From the NCBI GenBank assembly GCA_965237685.1, contig CBDEGF010000003.1, forward strand, positions 903,803 through 967,802: a stretch of DNA of 64,000 nucleotides, written 5' to 3'. Both the position numbers and the translations under genes were made by a program. This document shows positions 60,381-64,000 of this stretch, piece by piece; the stretch's first letter is position 1, and every line of letters starts with the position of its first letter. This DNA comes from Candidatus Marinacidobacterales bacterium. Lineage in GTDB: Bacteria > Acidobacteriota > Vicinamibacteria > Marinacidobacterales > SMYC01. The notes beneath the pieces were generated by a model. That model was not told where the DNA came from. It was given only the letters and a program-made list of their open reading frames with translations, and searched no databases.

Positions 60381-61768
60381 GGAAGCTTCTGCTCGTTTGC
60401 GCAGTGCTGATCGCAACAGTTTCAGTGCTGTACTTCGCGTTCGGGCTGCGCCTCGAGATGCGCGGCGACGGCATAGTCCCCCTGTTTCGGTTCGGAAGCG
60501 AAGAGGACCGATACGAACGTCTGGAGGACCACCGCGGGAACCAGCCGCGGCACATCGCGGCTCCGCCCGCGGAGCTCGGCAGAGAATTGCCGGCCGGGGC
60601 CGAGACCTGGACGAAGTTTCGCGGTCCCCGCATGGACGGTGACTATCGCGAGCAGCCGGTGCTCACCGACTGGCCGCCCGATGGCCCGGCCCTTCTGTGG
60701 AGGCAGCCGATCGGTGGAGGTTATGCGTCGTTCGTCGTTGCGGACGGGCGCGCGTTCACCATCGAACAGCGACGAGACGAGGAAACGGCCGTTGCCTACG
60801 ACGTGCCGAGCGGCACGGAGCTCTGGACCAGCTCCTGGAAAGCGGAGTTTCGCGAGAGTATGGGAGGTCCCGGCCCACGTGCCACGCCAACCTGGGACGA
60901 GGGACGCGTCTACGTCCTCGGTGCGACCGCCGTCTTGCGAGTTCTCGACTCTGCGACGGGCGCAACCGTGTGGGAAACGAACATCCTCGACGACGCACGG
61001 GCACAGAGCATCCAGTGGGGCATGGCGGCATCACCGCTCATCCTGGATGAGCTGGTCGTGCTGCAACCGGGCGGCTCCAGCGGACACTCGATCATCGCCT
61101 ACGACAAGCTCTCTGACGAAGTGCGCTGGAGCACGCTCGATGACGTCCAGGCCTACACGTCGCCGATGCTCGTGACGGTGGCGGGTCATCGCATCCTCCT
61201 GACGGCGAGCCGGGAGAGGATACTCGGGCTATCGACGGAGGAGGGACAGCTTCTCTGGAGTTATCCCTGGTCCGTGTCCTTCGGTGTGAGTGCTTCTCAA
61301 CCGCTCCTGCTGGGAGAGGACCATGTCTTCTTCTCCGCCGGTTACGGTCACGGTGCTGCCGTGCTGCACGTGACGGAGAACGAAGGCACCTGGAACGTCG
61401 AGCTCGTCTGGGAGAATCGGTTCATGAAGAACCGCTTCTCGAGCTCGGTACTCCATGAGGGCTACATCTACGGGCTCGACGAGCGCATCCTCGCCTGCCT
61501 GGACGCGCGGACCGGCGAACGTATGTGGAAAGGTGGACGCTACGGGCATGGACAGCTCGTGCTTGCGAGCGGACACCTCATCGTTGTCACCGAGGGCGGT
61601 GAGCTTGTCCTCGTCGAGGCTGCACCTGACGCGCACCGTGAGCTTCGACGCGTTCCGGGGATCGAAGGCAAAACCTGGAACGTCCCGGTTATTTCCGGTG
61701 GAATTCTGCTGGTGCGAAACGCGAGCGAGATGGCCGCCTTCGACCTCCGCCCTGCTCGGGACAATTAA
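60377..61768 (+). CDS. PQQ-like beta-propeller repeat protein (BamB-like)
   Basis: MRKLLLVCAVLIATVSVLYF signal/anchor; repeated ..G.ELW.. propeller blades; ATGA overlap with permease stop. Confidence 0.65.
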   Translation: MRKLLLVCAVLIATVSVLYFAFGLRLEMRGDGIVPLFRFGSEEDRYERLEDHRGNQPRHIAAPPAELGRELPAGAETWTKFRGPRMDGDYREQPVLTDWPPDGPALLWRQPIGGGYASFVVADGRAFTIEQRRDEETAVAYDVPSGTELWTSSWKAEFRESMGGPGPRATPTWDEGRVYVLGATAVLRVLDSATGATVWETNILDDARAQSIQWGMAASPLILDELVVLQPGGSSGHSIIAYDKLSDEVRWSTLDDVQAYTSPMLVTVAGHRILLTASRERILGLSTEEGQLLWSYPWSVSFGVSASQPLLLGEDHVFFSAGYGHGAAVLHVTENEGTWNVELVWENRFMKNRFSSSVLHEGYIYGLDERILACLDARTGERMWKGGRYGHGQLVLASGHLIVVTEGGELVLVEAAPDAHRELRRVPGIEGKTWNVPVISGGILLVRNASEMAAFDLRPARDN

Positions 61769-61957
61769 CGCAGAGACGCAGAGTCGCAGAGCCGCAAAAA
61801 TTGAGAGCGATTGGTCCTTGGGAATTCGCTATCGAACATGGGAATTCCGCGCACTCCTGGTCTTCTGAGCACCTGGTCTCACCGTTTGTTTTGTTGGTCT
61901 TCTGCACTACTTCCTGGGCCCTGAGCTGTTTTTCTCTGCGTCTCTGCGCCTCTGCGT
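61769..61957. repeat. ~190-bp element whose arms are inverted tandem heptamers (CGCAGAG x3 ... CTCTGCG x3)
   Basis: taaCGCAGAGaCGCAGAGtCGCAGAGccgcaaaaa directly after the PQQ-gene stop; inverted partner tttttCTCTGCGtCTCTGCGcCTCTGCGtt at 61931-61957; single related arm at 52641-52670. Confidence 0.6.
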
Positions 61958-61984
61958 TGAGAAAGCAATTGGTGCGGTCCCCGA

Positions 61985-62413
61985 TCAGGCGGGGCGGAAG
62001 CGCAGCACTCCCCCATCGTAGGAGATCAGTAGGTCGCTGCCGCTGTTGGCGAAGCTCGTGGCGGAATCAAGCGCCGCGATATATTCGTCCGACAGCGAGT
62101 CGTCACCGCAAAAGGCTCGTGTGCAGGCGAGAGGTCCGGTTGTCAGCGTCTCGCCATCGACCTCGTAGCTGGTGTTGCACTGGTTGCAATCCGCCTTCAC
62201 GTTCAACCGGCCCTCGGCGGTGAACGTGGCGGTGAATGCCGACGGGTCGTCGACGGGGACGGTGGTGCCATCGTTCAGGTTGAACGATACGAGCTCCCAG
62301 TTACCCACGACAGAAACTGCGTCCGTCGGCGTGGACTCGGTGCTGCACGAGCTCAAAAGGAGCACCCCAAGAGCGAGGGTGAGAGTGTATTTGATGAGAG
62401 TGTGTTTGATCAT
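61985..62413 (-). CDS. META-domain (HslJ-like) lipoprotein
   Basis: MIKHTLIKYTLTLALGVLLLSSCS lipobox; ..GNWELVSF...ADCNQCNTSY..ACTRAFCG.. META pattern. Confidence 0.7.
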   Translation of the reverse strand: MIKHTLIKYTLTLALGVLLLSSCSTESTPTDAVSVVGNWELVSFNLNDGTTVPVDDPSAFTATFTAEGRLNVKADCNQCNTSYEVDGETLTTGPLACTRAFCGDDSLSDEYIAALDSATSFANSGSDLLISYDGGVLRFRPA

Positions 62414-62434
62414 GATGTTGCCTCCACCTGAAAT

Positions 62435-63105
62435 CTATCGCACAAAGCGACCGAGACTGAAGTAGAACTTGAACGAACCGTCGTCCCCGATGCTGGCACC
62501 AGCGAAGAGCGGCCCCAGGAACGACTCGAGCAGCAGACCGCCGGTGAAGCTGCTTCGAAACCGGGCCTCTTCTAGTCTCTCGTAGGCGCTGCCCATCTCG
62601 AACAGGCCTACCGCATAGACCGGTCCACCTACGAAATTGGGAAGACGCCCGATGGTTCGCAGGTAGCCGAGCTGCGCCAGCAGGGAGTTGTCGCCCCGAA
62701 ACTGATCGACGTCGAAAGCCCCCAGTCGAAGGGGGCCGCCCAGGGTGAACTGGTAGAACTCTGGGATGTCGTTGTCGAACGACAAGCCCACAAGACCCGC
62801 GAACAGGACGCGATCTCGGTCACTGATCGGCCAGAACACGGAAAAATCGAGCTCCCCCTGCCCGAAGTCTCGACTTGCATCGGGGGCTTCCCGGTACCAC
62901 CAGGCCGCAGCTCGATACGCAGTCCTCGCGTTGGAACGATCGCGCTGTCCTGTCCATCGAAGATCCACCGTGCCCGAGCTCGCTCCTCCTTTCCCTCCGT
63001 CTCGGGCAGCGTGGGATCACCGACCCGGACCCTGGATTCGATGTCTGCGAGGTCGTATCCCAGACGAAGCTCGTTGTGCCGACCGGCGGCGATGCCGAGG
63101 TCCGC
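62435..63105 (-). pseudogene. Outer-membrane beta-barrel protein C-terminal fragment (Omp85/BamA-like), N-terminus removed by IS21 insertion, internal frameshift
   Basis: ..PEYAVGADLGIAAGRHNELRLGYDLADIESR.., then frame change to ..LLAQLGYLRTIGRLPNFVGGPVYAVGLFEMGSAY...FYFSLGRFVR*; upstream end abuts the IS21 terminal repeats. Confidence 0.45.
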
Positions 63106-63109
63106 ACCC

Positions 63110-64000
63110 ACTGCGTATTCCGGGGCATCGTGAACGCAGATTCCAGCCGAAGGTGAACATCCATTCCAAAGCATCGTGAACACGGATTCCGGGGATCGTG
63201 AACATGGATTCCGGGGAAGGTGAACACGGATTCCAGGCAACGTGAACGCCGGTTCCGGCATCGCGAACGCTCATCGATAGCACGTTTCAAGGCACTCTAG
63301 GTCGTACCCGGAAGGAGGACGATCTAGGAAATGGCAGCTAAGAGGTTATCGATGAGAAAAATACGAGAGGTTCTAAGGTTAAAGTACGAGCTGGGTTTGA
63401 CTCACCGCACGATCGCAAAGGCACTTCGCGTGGCGGTTGGAACGGTGAGTGAGTACCTGGCCAAGGCGAAGAAGGGTGGTTTGAGCTGGCCGCTCCCGGA
63501 GGAGCTGAGCGACGGGGAGCTGGAGGCAGGGCTGTTTCCGCCGCCGGGCTCGTCTGGCGCACGGCCGGGTCTGGACTATGCCCACATCCACGAGGAGCTG
63601 AGGCGTCACCGAGAGCTGACGTTGCTGCAGCTGTGGGTGGAGTACGCGGAGAATAAGCCGGGAGCGTACGGCTACAGCCGTTATTGCGAGCTGTACGGTC
63701 AGTGGAAGAAGAAGCTGAACCCGACGATGCGTCAACGGCATCGAGCAGGCGAGAAGACATTCGTCGATTTTTCGGGGGAAGAAGCCTCACATCGTCGATC
63801 CGAAAACGGGAGAGCTCGTCGAAATGGAGCTGTTCGTCGGGACGTTGGGCGCGAGCAGTTACACCTACGTCGAAGCGACACTGAACCAGTCGCTGGAATC
63901 GTGGGCGAAGGCCCATAAGGGGATGTCGGATTACTTCGGTGGCAGTACGGAGATCTGGGTTCCGGACAACTTGAAGAGCGGCGTGGATTTGGTGGACCGT
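63110..64000 (+). mobile_element. IS21-family element, second copy (left end with 6-7 direct GTGAACA.GGATTCCGG repeats; continues beyond window)
   Basis: 63104-63285 holds tandem units gtgaacgcagattccag / gtgaacatccattcc / gtgaacacggattccgggg / gtgaacatggattccgggg / gtgaacacggattccagg / gtgaacgccggttccgg; 63650-64000 is essentially identical to 8890-9240. Confidence 0.8.
63331..64000 (+). pseudogene. istA: IS21 istA (HTH N-terminus present; same G-run frameshift as copy 1; partial at window end)
   Basis: MAAKRLSMRKIREVLRLKYELGLTHRTIAKALRVAVGTVSEYLAKAKKGG...; frame breaks at DFSGEEAS as in copy 1. Confidence 0.7.

Noticed and set aside
1-64000. CRISPR arrays, tRNA/rRNA genes, integrons
   Set aside because: No regularly spaced direct repeats with unique spacers. 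No GTTCGA-type T-loop or cloverleaf candidates other than fragments inside the CTAG repeat. No attC or intI features seen.

Overview
High-GC (~65%) bacterial chromosomal window of mixed character; organism not determinable from sequence, though the gene content (Ser/Thr kinase-TolB fusions, many DUF1592/DUF1552-type pairs) is reminiscent of Acidobacteriota-like soil bacteria. Housekeeping and envelope genes are interleaved with a heavy load of insertion sequences and short structured repeats. Main blocks:
(1) 1-8.3 kb: a TAT-exported molybdopterin oxidoreductase (partial); a Ser/Thr kinase and a TolB-like propeller separated only by an in-frame TGA; a secreted propeller-CehA/PHP hydrolase; and a 701-aa SEC-C-motif protein whose C-terminal ~95 aa form a RelE/ParE-like toxin domain.
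(2) 8.9-16.3 kb: a nested IS graveyard. A 5'-truncated IS21 sits inside an IS66 tnpC; an IS256 with 9-bp TSD sits inside an IS1182 transposase gene. Beside it are an AbrB-like orphan antitoxin and a Phd/VapC pair with frameshifted VapC.
(3) 17-22.7 kb: DUF885, a Gfo/Idh/MocA oxidoreductase and a DctQMP TRAP transporter, followed by an ISKra4-like IS.
(4) 24.4-36.9 kb: a tandem duplication of a three-gene module (CXXCH-containing ~810-aa DUF1592-family protein, TAT-signal DUF1552 protein, secreted ~600-aa ankyrin-repeat protein ending in CVSC), with a secreted creatininase-family gene between the copies.
(5) 37-42 kb: small redox and membrane genes, a RelE-like orphan, and several copies of a ~200-bp CTAG-terminated intergenic repeat.
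(6) 42.8-46.3 kb: a 3.5-kb IS66-family element with 8-bp TSD splitting an hdeD-like gene.
(7) 47-62 kb: FadL-like OMP, E1-alpha, GNAT, PBP4, and a HemW-like/TonB-receptor/TAXI-TRAP/PQQ-propeller cluster.
(8) 63.1 kb to the window end: a second IS21 copy.
No rRNA, tRNA or CRISPR was seen.
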